Positions 27,943-37,849 of a stretch of DNA of 63,610 nt are shown piece by piece. The notes beneath the pieces were generated by a model, which was not told where the DNA came from, ran no database searches, and was given only the letters and a program-made list of their open reading frames with translations. Made by a program: the position numbers and the translations under genes. The stretch is from positions 1 to 63,610 of the forward strand of contig JAKSUL010000006.1 of assembly GCA_024409055.1 (NCBI GenBank). Direction: 5' to 3'. Origin of the DNA: Bacilli bacterium. GTDB lineage: Bacteria; Bacillota_I; Bacilli_A; RFN20; CAG-826. Position 1 is the first letter of the stretch, and each line of letters begins with the position of its first letter.

Positions 27943-28854
27943 TTATTTAGCGACGTCTTCTCTTCTCCACCTGAAATTGCCTAAAAGGCCATCGATCTCG
28001 TTGTAATACGTGAACGTATCGGGGATTGTTGCAATAAGATTTAAGAAAGCCGAGAGTTCTCTTATGCCGATAACGGTGAAGAGGATCTCGCTTTCTTTGT
28101 CTGTCCATCCACCTTTTGCTTCGACAATAGTGACCCCGTGTCTAAATTTATTCATGATGATTTGTTTAACTTCATCGGGGTGTTTTGTGATTATTTTGCA
28201 TTCGACGGCGTGCCTTAAATCCTTTTGGGCGTAGGCGGCAGATAAGGTTAGAACCAACATCTCGATGATGGAAAGAAGTATCGAGATGAAATCGTGATAG
28301 AGGAAATAGGAAGATCCGATGATAACGAGGCTGAAGCCCGTTATGATGACTTCCACGTTAAATCCCTTCATCTTTTTGCCGATTATGCAGGCTGGGATAT
28401 CTACACCACCGGATGAAGCTCCGATTTTCAGCATGAATCCCGTTCTTAAGCCTAAAAGAAGTCCGGTGAATATTGTGCATACAAATCTCATTCCGGTGTC
28501 TGTGATCGTTTCAGATCCAACTGTGATAACGACGGGGATGGATGGGCAGTTTGTAGTTTCTAAAATGAAGACGGCCAATGCGTTTAATCCAATGTAGAGC
28601 AAAGTGTAGAGAACGTATTTTTTCTTTAAGAAAATGTAGCCGACAACAATTAACGGCAAATTAATGATCAATGACCAAATATAGAAGGAAAGATTCGTCG
28701 CTTCTGAAAGCATTTGGGCGATGCCGTCGCATCCAGCAGGGGCGAAGTTGGCGTTTTTCGCAAAAATATGGATGGCGACCGCTCCGGCGATTGCTGCTAA
28801 AACTATGTAGGCGATATCTTTTAGTATCTTGATTCTTGAACTTGCTTTTTCCAT
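27943..28854 (-). CDS. YitT family membrane protein
   Basis: FAPAGCDGIAQ, INLPL, GASSGGVD, RHGVTIVEAKGGWT and a C-terminal DUF2179-like domain. Confidence 0.88.
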   Translation of the reverse strand: MEKASSRIKILKDIAYIVLAAIAGAVAIHIFAKNANFAPAGCDGIAQMLSEATNLSFYIWSLIINLPLIVVGYIFLKKKYVLYTLLYIGLNALAVFILETTNCPSIPVVITVGSETITDTGMRFVCTIFTGLLLGLRTGFMLKIGASSGGVDIPACIIGKKMKGFNVEVIITGFSLVIIGSSYFLYHDFISILLSIIEMLVLTLSAAYAQKDLRHAVECKIITKHPDEVKQIIMNKFRHGVTIVEAKGGWTDKESEILFTVIGIRELSAFLNLIATIPDTFTYYNEIDGLLGNFRWRREDVAK

Positions 28855-29060
28855 GGCTTTTTACCGCGAACTAAACTATAGAACATCTAAAAATGTATTT
28901 GTTGTCATTTTCTACTAATTGCATATATAAGAGCACTCATGTTTTCTAATCAAATGAATTGCCTCTTATGAGTGTTAGAATAAACCAAACATCATTTTAT
29001 GTTTGAACTTCGCGTCAAAACTAAAATTCGCGAAACAAAACATTTGTGAGAGGTGGATCT

Positions 29061-30326
29061 ATGAACACAAGAAAAAAGCTCATGGCCTATGGGATTATTA
29101 CGCTTAGCTTGGTTTTGGCCAGCTGTGGCGGAAAAGGCTCCTCCCTTGATTACGAAAACGGGTTCCAAGACGGATATTCAGCCGGACATAACGACGGAAT
29201 GAACGATGGATTGGCCGAAGGGTACAACACCGGATATCAAGAGGGCTATAACAGCGGTTTTAGCAACGGAAAAGAAATCGGATACGATGACGGCTACATC
29301 GATGGTTACGAAGATGGCGCCGGAGAATCCGGACAAGGATCTTTTGAGCGTCCAGGCAAAAACATTGAACTGCATACTGATTTGCAGAAAAGCTACATTG
29401 AGGATGATCCTTCGAAAATTGGAATGTACGCCCATGGCTATAGCGGAGAAGAACTCTGCAAACCTAAAGCCGTAACGCTAGATTGGAGCGATGTTAAATT
29501 TGCCGAAACGTGCAGCACGTATACGGTCGTTTTATCAGAAACTTCCTCTTTTAGCGATAGCGTGTCCTATCAATCCACGGAAAAGAGCTTGGATGTTTAT
29601 AACCTTAAGCTTGGCACCAACTACTATTGGTATGTAAAAGCCACCGGGTCGACGATGACTTTCGCTACGCCGGTTTTTAATTTCAGCACTAAAAACACAG
29701 TTGTTAGAAACCTTTACGTCCCAAATACTTCGAATTGGAGAGACATGGGTAATTATGTTTTGAATAACGGCAAAAAGATAAAACAGGGCCTTGTATACCG
29801 CTCTGCCGCTTTTGGCTATTACGATGGGAACGTCGGAACGATAGCCCAAGCAACGAAAGATTGCATTCTAAATGAGCTAAAAATCAAAACGGAGCTTGAT
29901 TTGAATGGTTCCCCGAACGTTCCGGGTCTTAACAAGGTCAGTGCCGTTATGAAATGGGAAGGTATCAATAACCTAATCGATAACGAGGAAAACAAGAATT
30001 CCATTAAGACAGTATTCAATTCTTTGGGAGATACCAGCAATTACCCAGCCGTATTCCACTGCACAAGAGGAAGAGACAGGACTGGCGCCATCGCCTTCTT
30101 GTTGGGGGCCTACTTAGGCATGAACGCAGTTGATCTCCATAGGGATTATTTGTTCACGAATTTCTCTGCCGGCAATTCTTGCTCCATCGGGGCCATCACG
30201 GGTTATGAGAAATATTTGGCTGGCTACGAAGGAAACACCCTTCAGGAGCAGACGACTTCCTACTTAAAATCCATCGGCGTGACTGAGGCCACCCTATCCA
30301 CGATTACATCTACATTGGTTGCATAA
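29061..30326 (+). CDS. Lipoprotein tyrosine-phosphatase-family protein (CX5R) with GxxxG repeat stalk
   Basis: Start ATG 29061; lipobox LASC; NWRDMG, VYRSA, HCTRGRDRTG, DYLFTNF. Confidence 0.82.
   Translation: MNTRKKLMAYGIITLSLVLASCGGKGSSLDYENGFQDGYSAGHNDGMNDGLAEGYNTGYQEGYNSGFSNGKEIGYDDGYIDGYEDGAGESGQGSFERPGKNIELHTDLQKSYIEDDPSKIGMYAHGYSGEELCKPKAVTLDWSDVKFAETCSTYTVVLSETSSFSDSVSYQSTEKSLDVYNLKLGTNYYWYVKATGSTMTFATPVFNFSTKNTVVRNLYVPNTSNWRDMGNYVLNNGKKIKQGLVYRSAAFGYYDGNVGTIAQATKDCILNELKIKTELDLNGSPNVPGLNKVSAVMKWEGINNLIDNEENKNSIKTVFNSLGDTSNYPAVFHCTRGRDRTGAIAFLLGAYLGMNAVDLHRDYLFTNFSAGNSCSIGAITGYEKYLAGYEGNTLQEQTTSYLKSIGVTEATLSTITSTLVA
29151..29318 (+). repeat. (Y/F)xxG tetrapeptide repeat, 14 glycines at every fourth residue
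   Basis: YENGFQDGYSAGHNDGMNDGLAEGYNTGYQEGYNSGFSNGKEIGYDDGYIDGYEDG. Confidence 0.85.
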
Positions 30327-30328
30327 TT

Positions 30329-31351
30329 ATGAAATTTAACAGACAAGAGACACTCGATTTGATTCTTAAGGAAGAATATGGCTTTCTTCCAAAAGAGTGC
30401 GAAAAGCCACTCGATTACTCCGTTGAAGAAGAAAAAGTAATCAACAATATTCACATCCAGAAGGTCATCATGTCCTATCAGGGATATAAGATGAGAACCT
30501 ATCTATATCTTCCTGAAGGCAAAAAGAACGTGAAGACGTTCATATTCGTCATGCATGAATACGCCGAGAATTTAGCGGACAAAGACTTGGTTGGCAAATA
30601 CCAGACTTTTTATCGTTATTGCCCGCTAGATTATGTTGTTGGAAAGGGCTATGGCGTTATGCTTGTGGCGACAAGAGAAGTTGCGCCTGACGAAAAGAAT
30701 TCGAAGAGGCCGTCCATTTTCGATGCGATGACGCTCGATAGGGGAGATAGCGATTGGGGAACCCTCCAAGCTTGGAGCTGGGCTTGCCGCAAAGCGCTCG
30801 ATTACCTCTACACTATGCCTGAGACGATCGATTTGAATAACGTCGTCGTCATTGGCCACTCACGTGGTGGCAAAACCGCCCTTCTAACCGCAGCTCAAGA
30901 CGAAAGGTTCATCATGGCCGTTTCTTCTTGTAGCGGAAATTCCGGCGCAGCTCTTGCTAGAAACAACACCGGCGAAACCATCAAAGACATCACCTTCCAT
31001 TTCCCATATTGGTTCTGCCATAACTATTACAAATATGCCGGACACGAAGAAGATCTTCCGTTCGACCAACATCAGTTGATTGGCTGCATCGCGCCTAGGT
31101 ACGCATACGTCTTAAGCGCAACCGAAGACGCTTGGGCTTGCCCGAAAAACGAGCTTGAGGCTTGTAGGAAAGCCACCGAATTCTATGAAGAATACGGCGT
31201 TAAAGGCTTGATAGCCCCCGAAGAAATAACGACCGACGTTTCTTATAATGAAGGCAACATCGGATACCATTACAAAACCGGAGTCCATTGCATTGAGCAA
31301 AGGGATTGGGACATGGTTATCAATTTCTTAGAAAAACATAGAGGGAAATAA
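30329..31351 (+). CDS. CE15-like alpha/beta-hydrolase (glucuronoyl/acetyl esterase-like)
   Basis: WGTLQAWSW, GHSRGGKTAL, SGNSGAAL, FPYWF, LPFDQHQL, IAPR. Confidence 0.8.
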   Translation: MKFNRQETLDLILKEEYGFLPKECEKPLDYSVEEEKVINNIHIQKVIMSYQGYKMRTYLYLPEGKKNVKTFIFVMHEYAENLADKDLVGKYQTFYRYCPLDYVVGKGYGVMLVATREVAPDEKNSKRPSIFDAMTLDRGDSDWGTLQAWSWACRKALDYLYTMPETIDLNNVVVIGHSRGGKTALLTAAQDERFIMAVSSCSGNSGAALARNNTGETIKDITFHFPYWFCHNYYKYAGHEEDLPFDQHQLIGCIAPRYAYVLSATEDAWACPKNELEACRKATEFYEEYGVKGLIAPEEITTDVSYNEGNIGYHYKTGVHCIEQRDWDMVINFLEKHRGK

Positions 31352-31352
31352 C

Positions 31353-32564
31353 ATGGAAGACATCAAAGTTTACGTAGACGCCATCAAAAAATACGTTGGC
31401 GAAAGCTATCGAAACAATTTCAGGGAACCCGTGGATAGGCTTCCTTACCATTTCCTTGTCCCGGGAGCCGGATATAGGCACCAACTTTGGGATTGGGACA
31501 GTTGGTTGACCGGCTACGCTTTGATGAGCGTTGACGACAAAGACATCGAAAAGTATCAAAAAGGCTGCGTTTTGGATTTCTTAAACGCCATATGCGAAGA
31601 CGGAAGGATACCGATTCTCGTCCAAGATTCTCCTTCTTGGCTTTTTGATATTGATGACAAGTATCAAAGCAATATCCATAAGCCATGCCTCGCCATACAT
31701 GCTTTAGAGATTTCTGAAAGGTATAACGACTACAATTGGATTGCCGATAAGTTCGACGATTTGCTTCGTTTCATCTCTTTCTACGAGAAAAACCAAAAAG
31801 ACGAAGAGACCGGCTTGTTCTATTGGATTGACGATTTGGGAATCGGATTCGATAACGACCCGACAGTTTTCTATAGGCCGAACAAGAGCACCGGCGCCAT
31901 ATATTTGAATTCCCTTATGTATATGGAGCTACTTTCTGTCGCAAAAATCGCTGAGAAACTCGGAAGAAAAGAAGCCGAAGAATATTTCAAGAAGAGCGAA
32001 TCCTTGAAAGAGGCTATCGAAAATGAATGTTTCGACAAGGTTGACGGCTTCTATTACTCAGCCGATTTATCGCTTAGAAAGGTCGACCCTGAGGTTTGGC
32101 TTCATAAAGGCCATCCAAGGTTCTGGCACTCGCTTCCGATAAAGATCACGACTTGGGCCGGCTTGCTTCCTTTGTGGGCAAAAATCGCCACCAAAGAAGA
32201 GGCTGATAGAGTCGTCAAAAGGTATCTGAACGAAGAAGGTCTTTATAGCGAATACGGAATTCGTAGCGTCGCCAAAAACGAGAAGATGTTCGGAATCTTT
32301 GATACCGGAAACCCGTCTTGTTGGCTCGGTCCTATTTGGATAAATGCCAATTATTTCACATATGTGGCCCTTAAAAATTACGGCTACGACGACTTGGCTA
32401 AAGACATAGCCGTCAAGACTATTAAGCTTCTTGGAAAAGACGTATTGGAAAACGGACAGTTCCACGAATATTACGATTCAGAGACCGGAAAAGGCGTCCG
32501 TGGCCCTGGATTCCAAAGCTGGAATTTCTTGGTCATCAAGCTCATTGAAGAACTTGGTCTTTGA
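31353..32564 (+). CDS. GH63-like (MGH1/trehalase-like) six-hairpin glycoside hydrolase
   Basis: QLWDWDSW, GFDNDP, YLNSLMY, WLGPIWINANY, FHEYYDSETG. Confidence 0.75.
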   Translation: MEDIKVYVDAIKKYVGESYRNNFREPVDRLPYHFLVPGAGYRHQLWDWDSWLTGYALMSVDDKDIEKYQKGCVLDFLNAICEDGRIPILVQDSPSWLFDIDDKYQSNIHKPCLAIHALEISERYNDYNWIADKFDDLLRFISFYEKNQKDEETGLFYWIDDLGIGFDNDPTVFYRPNKSTGAIYLNSLMYMELLSVAKIAEKLGRKEAEEYFKKSESLKEAIENECFDKVDGFYYSADLSLRKVDPEVWLHKGHPRFWHSLPIKITTWAGLLPLWAKIATKEEADRVVKRYLNEEGLYSEYGIRSVAKNEKMFGIFDTGNPSCWLGPIWINANYFTYVALKNYGYDDLAKDIAVKTIKLLGKDVLENGQFHEYYDSETGKGVRGPGFQSWNFLVIKLIEELGL

Positions 32565-32615
32565 TTCTTGCCTTGAGTAGTCGCTTATATAATTAAATTA
32601 ATAAAGAGGTTTTAT

Positions 32616-35375
32616 ATGAAAAAACAAACAGCACTCATCAGCGTCGTTGGTTCTTTGTCGCTAGCTAGTCTTTTGTTCTCTTGTGGTGGAACCGCTCATG
32701 AGCACACGTATGTGGCTCACCCTGAGGTTCCTTCTAACTGCCACGATGCCGGAACGGATTTCTACTACTCTTGCGAAGGATGCGACCTTCTTTTTGATGC
32801 AGAGAAAAAACAAATCGACGCCCCCCTTCCTTTGGAACTAGATCCTAATACCCACAAAGGGGCGAAGGTTTTAAACGCCATCGCCGAGACCACAAATTAC
32901 AAAATCGGCGATAAGTTCGACTTGGAGAGCACCAAACTCTTATGGGGATGCGAATATTGTGACGGAGCCGAATTAACCGCCACCGAAAAAGCCAATGTCG
33001 AAGTCAAATACCCGACCGAGGGAGCTAATAGCTTTACGGTTGCCGATAGCAAAGAAGCTTCCGTAAACGTCACCCTTAGCTCCAACGCTTATACCGTTCA
33101 GGTTGCCGTTAGGGTCGGAAAGAAAGATAACGCTATTACGGGGTTAGCCGATATGGCGGCCCACTGCGGATATCAAATCACCGCCTTCGATGAAATGTTG
33201 GAAAACGGAACCATCAGCGCCACCAGCGGAGAGAATGTTACTTTGTATTTCTCCGATACGATCGACGGCACATACACCAAGCGTTCCGATATGCCGAATG
33301 ATACGGTCTTCAGCGTAAGAGACGGCGAAACCGAATCCGTTTATTACATCAAAGCCGAATCCATGCCGACCGAAGAATACGTTAAAGCCACGGTCGATCC
33401 GGTCAAATTAACCATCACCCATAACGAACTTCTTTGGGATACCTCTAGAAGCGACTACGACTTCGTCGGATGCATGTGCAAACCGGAGAACGTAAAGAAG
33501 TTCAATAAACTTCCGAGTAATTCCACAACCGTTTTGCTCACCGAAGAGACCGCGACTTTGGATTTAAGCGGAACCGATTACGGAACCGCCCCATACACCG
33601 ATATGACAATCGAAAAAGTCACCACCAAAACTAGCTCTGGTGATGTAATCGACTTAGGCACCTCTTTAACCGTTCCGACCGCTTCTTTCTCGGATAATAA
33701 CATCTTCGGAAAAACGAAGGTCTCAGTCACCGTTTCCCATGGCGAAATTAGCGATGAGATTCCGGCTGGAACCCACGTTATCGAAGTTCCGGTCGTCGTT
33801 GTCACGAAGACCATTTCTAACGCCGCCGAATGGAAGGCTATGTTGCCTTCCGCCACCGGAACGACAGTCGAAGGATATTATCTTTTGACTGACGATATCG
33901 TTATCCCCGCTAATAAAAATCCTGAATACATCCAGGGTTGGGATAAGGCGCTCTTCTCCGGAACCGTTGATGGAGATGGCCACAAAGTTACTCTCAATCA
34001 AGGCACGTATGGCCAGTTCTATGTTTTGAAGAATGCGACGTTAAAGAACATCACTTTCTGCAATGAGCTCTGGAATCGTACCGCTCTTAAAAACTGCCTT
34101 TTGACACAGAAGGCGAATCAGAGCACTTTCGAGAATCTCACATTCAAGGTCCTTGCCGTTAATAGCGCTACAAAAGACGTCGAGTTCACCCCGGTTACAG
34201 ATTACGGATATCTCTTCAATAATGGCGGTGTCCAAGGATGCTCCTTCGCTGATTGCGACTTCGATTTCGACGGATACGTTGTTCCTTCTTTGCTCTGCCA
34301 CTCTGGCAACAGCAGCGCGACCAACACATTTGCGAATTCCGTTTTGACCTGCATCGATGTCACCGAACTTTATTTCACCAACACTGGCGATGTCATCACG
34401 GAAGCCGAAGGCTTAACCATTAATAGAATCGCATACGAAAAGGTCGAAATGGAAAGCACGGTGATCTCCGCCGCCTCAACTGGTCCAGTTTCTATCACCC
34501 TACCTGCGAAATATGAAGGTGTTACCGTCACCTCAGTCACAATGAAGTGTGGTGGAGAGGATGTTAAAGTCGGCGATTCCTTAGCTAGCGTTACCATTCC
34601 TGACGACGTTAAGAACAATCTTTTACTCCATGGTGAAACCGAAATTGTCGCTACTGTCGAAAACTATGCAGGAGCTGGCAAATTGTTAATCCCTGTCACC
34701 ATCGTCACGGGTGTTATCTCCACTAACGCTGAGCTCTCCGCCTTGACCCACGTCGACGGAACTAAGAAGACCGTCTACGGCTATTACATGCTTGGCGCTG
34801 ACCTCGACCTCAACAGCAACTACACCGATTTCAAGTCTGGTAGCGTCATGTACAACACGTTCTCCGGCACCTTTGACGGCGCAGGCCATAAGATAACGTC
34901 CAAGTCGAGGACCTTTGGTATCTTCGGCGAATTGACCGACGCAACCATCAAGAATCTCAACGTCGACGACGCTTGGTCCTATGGCGGCATCGATCAGAGC
35001 CAAAGCGTCTTCAGCATCGACATGACGAGGACAATCCTCGAGAACGTCAACGTCAAGATGACCGCCAAAGCCGGCAGGGATACCCAGTTTGCTTCCCTCG
35101 TCTCTTCCTTCGACCTCGCCAAGCAAGCCTATGGCTGGATCAATTCCAGGGTCTGCCATACCTGCACGTTCAAGAACTGCAACTTCGACGGCGGGACCAC
35201 GCTGAAGGTCATCACCTTGCTCGGAACCCACTCTTCTTGCGTCAACGCGACCTTCACTGACTCCACCTTCAATTGCGGCGAATACTACTGCGTCTACCAG
35301 TCCAGTTACACCAAGACCGTCAGCACGACCTTCCCGGGACTAACCATCACCGGAACCTGCGTCTACGCCGCTTAA
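32616..35375 (+). CDS. Large lipoprotein: His/Cys N-terminal module, Ig-like linkers, two GYYxL..FxGxxDG repeat domains
   Basis: Lipobox LFSC; HEHTYVAHPEVPSNCHDAGTDFYYSCEGC; GYYLLTDDI..FSGTVDGDGH and GYYMLGADL..FSGTFDGAGH. Confidence 0.8.
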   Translation: MKKQTALISVVGSLSLASLLFSCGGTAHEHTYVAHPEVPSNCHDAGTDFYYSCEGCDLLFDAEKKQIDAPLPLELDPNTHKGAKVLNAIAETTNYKIGDKFDLESTKLLWGCEYCDGAELTATEKANVEVKYPTEGANSFTVADSKEASVNVTLSSNAYTVQVAVRVGKKDNAITGLADMAAHCGYQITAFDEMLENGTISATSGENVTLYFSDTIDGTYTKRSDMPNDTVFSVRDGETESVYYIKAESMPTEEYVKATVDPVKLTITHNELLWDTSRSDYDFVGCMCKPENVKKFNKLPSNSTTVLLTEETATLDLSGTDYGTAPYTDMTIEKVTTKTSSGDVIDLGTSLTVPTASFSDNNIFGKTKVSVTVSHGEISDEIPAGTHVIEVPVVVVTKTISNAAEWKAMLPSATGTTVEGYYLLTDDIVIPANKNPEYIQGWDKALFSGTVDGDGHKVTLNQGTYGQFYVLKNATLKNITFCNELWNRTALKNCLLTQKANQSTFENLTFKVLAVNSATKDVEFTPVTDYGYLFNNGGVQGCSFADCDFDFDGYVVPSLLCHSGNSSATNTFANSVLTCIDVTELYFTNTGDVITEAEGLTINRIAYEKVEMESTVISAASTGPVSITLPAKYEGVTVTSVTMKCGGEDVKVGDSLASVTIPDDVKNNLLLHGETEIVATVENYAGAGKLLIPVTIVTGVISTNAELSALTHVDGTKKTVYGYYMLGADLDLNSNYTDFKSGSVMYNTFSGTFDGAGHKITSKSRTFGIFGELTDATIKNLNVDDAWSYGGIDQSQSVFSIDMTRTILENVNVKMTAKAGRDTQFASLVSSFDLAKQAYGWINSRVCHTCTFKNCNFDGGTTLKVITLLGTHSSCVNATFTDSTFNCGEYYCVYQSSYTKTVSTTFPGLTITGTCVYAA

Positions 35376-35387
35376 TCTTTACTAGAT

Positions 35388-35428
35388 GAACGAAAGACCG
35401 AGGATTTGCCCTCGGTCTTTTTTCGTTC
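35388..35428 (+). terminator. Intrinsic terminator
   Basis: AAAGACCGAGG / CCTCGGTCTTT stem followed by a T tract. Confidence 0.85.
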
Positions 35429-35629
35429 TGCTCGCAAAAAAGCGTCTCAAAAATATTTCAAAATGAATTCATATTATTAACCAAAAACGCGTGATTTTTG
35501 CAAATAAAAGCACTTTCATGGGGTATTTCACCATTTTTCTTTTCTTTTCTACTATTTCATTTCGTCGCTTTCTTCGTGCGCACATTACGCTATATAATGT
35601 CAAAAACTACACACAAAAAAGGAGATTGT

Positions 35630-37681
35630 ATGAACAAGAAAACTCGTGTTGTGTTTGCTTTGTCTTGCTTTTCCATCCTAGCCGTCGCCTCTGTTGCTGC
35701 GGTTGGTGTTGGCGCCGCTGCCGGTGGACGTTTGTTCGCCAATGACGGAGCTACTTGGAAACACTACAAACAAGCTCTTCCTGGAACAGTAAACGGCTCT
35801 GAAAACGGAGTCAGGGAATACTGGGTCAGCTGTGGTGGAGAAGGCTACCAATTCACCGCTCCTGCAGGTGCTACCATTCAAGAAGCTACTACTTATGACT
35901 TTTCCGGATTCGAGGCCAATGATCCTCGTTATATCATCCCGTTAAAAGGCGAATATCGCTCAGCCTTCTTGGTTGGCGGAAATCGTTACCACAGCGAAAC
36001 TCCGGAACTCGCCGGCGCTGGCTGGTGGTACTCTGGAACTCTTCCGGAACTCGGAAAATCCAAGACGATGATTTGGAAGAATGTCAACGACAGTGACACG
36101 AATCCTTATTACTACGTCGACACAATGGTTGTCACCAAAGTCATCAACAATTGGACCGAATTTAAAGCGACTTTCCAACACTCCGGTGCTTATACCGCCG
36201 ATGAAAAAGTCGAAGGTTATTATGTTTTGGGCAGTGACATTACCATCAATCAAAACATCAACAACGAAAACTACACATCCGCTCTCTATAATGCCGGCTT
36301 TGTCGGCGAATTCGATGGCCGTGGACATTCTATGGACGCGACCAGCGTTCCTGGTGCTTATAACGGCGGTTTATTCGGGCTCGTCAACGGTGCCACGATC
36401 AAGAACGTTAGCATCACATCTAGCTGTCCGAGTTATGCCGCAGGATTAGTAACCGGTCAGGCTAATGACTCTATCTTCAAAAACATCAAGGTCACTATTC
36501 CGACCGTCGGCACAGATAACGCTTCATACGGACGTTTTGTCGCTAGGTTCTCTGCCAACAACTTGTTCGAGGACATCGACATTTCGTTCGGAGCCGGTCA
36601 GACCGTTTCCAACATTTTCGGTGGTAACACCAACGCCGCAAATGACACCTTTATCAACGTCACCGTCCAAAACGACACCAAACCAACTATGTGGTATACC
36701 GTTGATGGTGGTGGAACAAAGATCACCAACACTGCCGGCCTCGTTTACATCCCGAATGGATACACCATCGCTTCCGGCCGCAGGGACATCGTTGCAAAGA
36801 CTGCCGCTCAGGCTATTACCATGCCGGCCGAAGTTACCGGCGATATCACTGCCATGAAATTGGTCGATAGGGCTGGAACCGAGTATGATCTCGGAGCCGA
36901 TCCAACCGCCATTGCCTTACCTGAGGCTTTTGTAACCAACGCTGAACAGCACGGCGAAAACGTCTTGTTGGTCACAACCTCCACTGGCAATTACGCCGTT
37001 AAGGTCACTGTTGTTACCAGCTACATTTCTACCGCTGCCGATATGGCTCTTATCAGGGGTTGCAACCTCGGTAAAAAGGTTTATGGATATTTTGCGATGA
37101 CTAACGATGTCGTCGTTGACTACAGTGCCACCGGAATCGGACAAACCACCAACGTCTCCGGTTGGTCAACAACCGCTAATGGCTTCTACGGTGTCTTCGA
37201 TGGACGTGGCCACGTCATCAAAGGCAATGCCTACACAGCTAGCAAAGGCATCTTCGGAACCATCCAAGGGGCTGCCGTTATCATGAATATGAACATCTAT
37301 AACGACAACTACACTGGCTACGATACTCCTCTTATCGGCGTGGGTATCATGGGAGTTGGCGGAGCTACTGGCTACATTAGGTTTGCCAACGTTGATATCA
37401 ATGTCAAAGCCGTCGGTAGCAACACCGCAAGAACTGGAATCTTGTCCGCCAGCGGTCTTAACACCGTCGCCTTCCAGAACTACACCGTCACCATCAGGGG
37501 TGAATATCCGGAAGGAGCCACCGTCTCCTTGATGCCGGCTAACTACTTGACCGAAGCCACCAGGTTCAACCACTTTGTTTGGAACACCCCGCACGCTACT
37601 ACCCTTTCCGTTATTGCCGGAAAGACCAGTGGAACCGTTAATCCTGGAATGACGATCAATTACACCGACGTCGCTGCTTAA
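35630..37681 (+). CDS. Exported non-lipoprotein surface protein with two GYYxL..FxGxxDG repeat domains
   Basis: Start reassigned to ATG 35630 (RBS AGGAG, TATAAT at 35593); hydrophobic N-terminus without lipobox; WKHY..GVREYWVSC module; GYYVLGSDI..FVGEFDGRGH and GYFAMTNDV..FYGVFDGRGH. Confidence 0.8.
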   Translation: MNKKTRVVFALSCFSILAVASVAAVGVGAAAGGRLFANDGATWKHYKQALPGTVNGSENGVREYWVSCGGEGYQFTAPAGATIQEATTYDFSGFEANDPRYIIPLKGEYRSAFLVGGNRYHSETPELAGAGWWYSGTLPELGKSKTMIWKNVNDSDTNPYYYVDTMVVTKVINNWTEFKATFQHSGAYTADEKVEGYYVLGSDITINQNINNENYTSALYNAGFVGEFDGRGHSMDATSVPGAYNGGLFGLVNGATIKNVSITSSCPSYAAGLVTGQANDSIFKNIKVTIPTVGTDNASYGRFVARFSANNLFEDIDISFGAGQTVSNIFGGNTNAANDTFINVTVQNDTKPTMWYTVDGGGTKITNTAGLVYIPNGYTIASGRRDIVAKTAAQAITMPAEVTGDITAMKLVDRAGTEYDLGADPTAIALPEAFVTNAEQHGENVLLVTTSTGNYAVKVTVVTSYISTAADMALIRGCNLGKKVYGYFAMTNDVVVDYSATGIGQTTNVSGWSTTANGFYGVFDGRGHVIKGNAYTASKGIFGTIQGAAVIMNMNIYNDNYTGYDTPLIGVGIMGVGGATGYIRFANVDINVKAVGSNTARTGILSASGLNTVAFQNYTVTIRGEYPEGATVSLMPANYLTEATRFNHFVWNTPHATTLSVIAGKTSGTVNPGMTINYTDVAA

Positions 37682-37697
37682 TCTTTACTAAATGATC

Positions 37698-37733
37698 AAA
37701 AGGCCGAGGCCATTGGAGCTTCGGTCTTTTTTC
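37698..37733 (+). terminator. Intrinsic terminator (homologous to 35388-35428)
   Basis: AAAAGGCCGAGGC / GCTTCGGTCTTTT stem followed by a T tract. Confidence 0.8.
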
Positions 37734-37849
37734 ATCCTGTTTTCAAAAAGAAGGGTTTTATCTTTTTACTTTCGTCGAAAATGATATTTACCTTAATATA
37801 AATTTATTTATATTATTATTGAACTAGCGGACACGCTGGAGGTTTTTGT

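Noticed and set aside
34686-35231. 181-aa antisense ORF in the GC-rich patch
   Set aside because: Explained by high GC3 in the sense frame removing antisense stops
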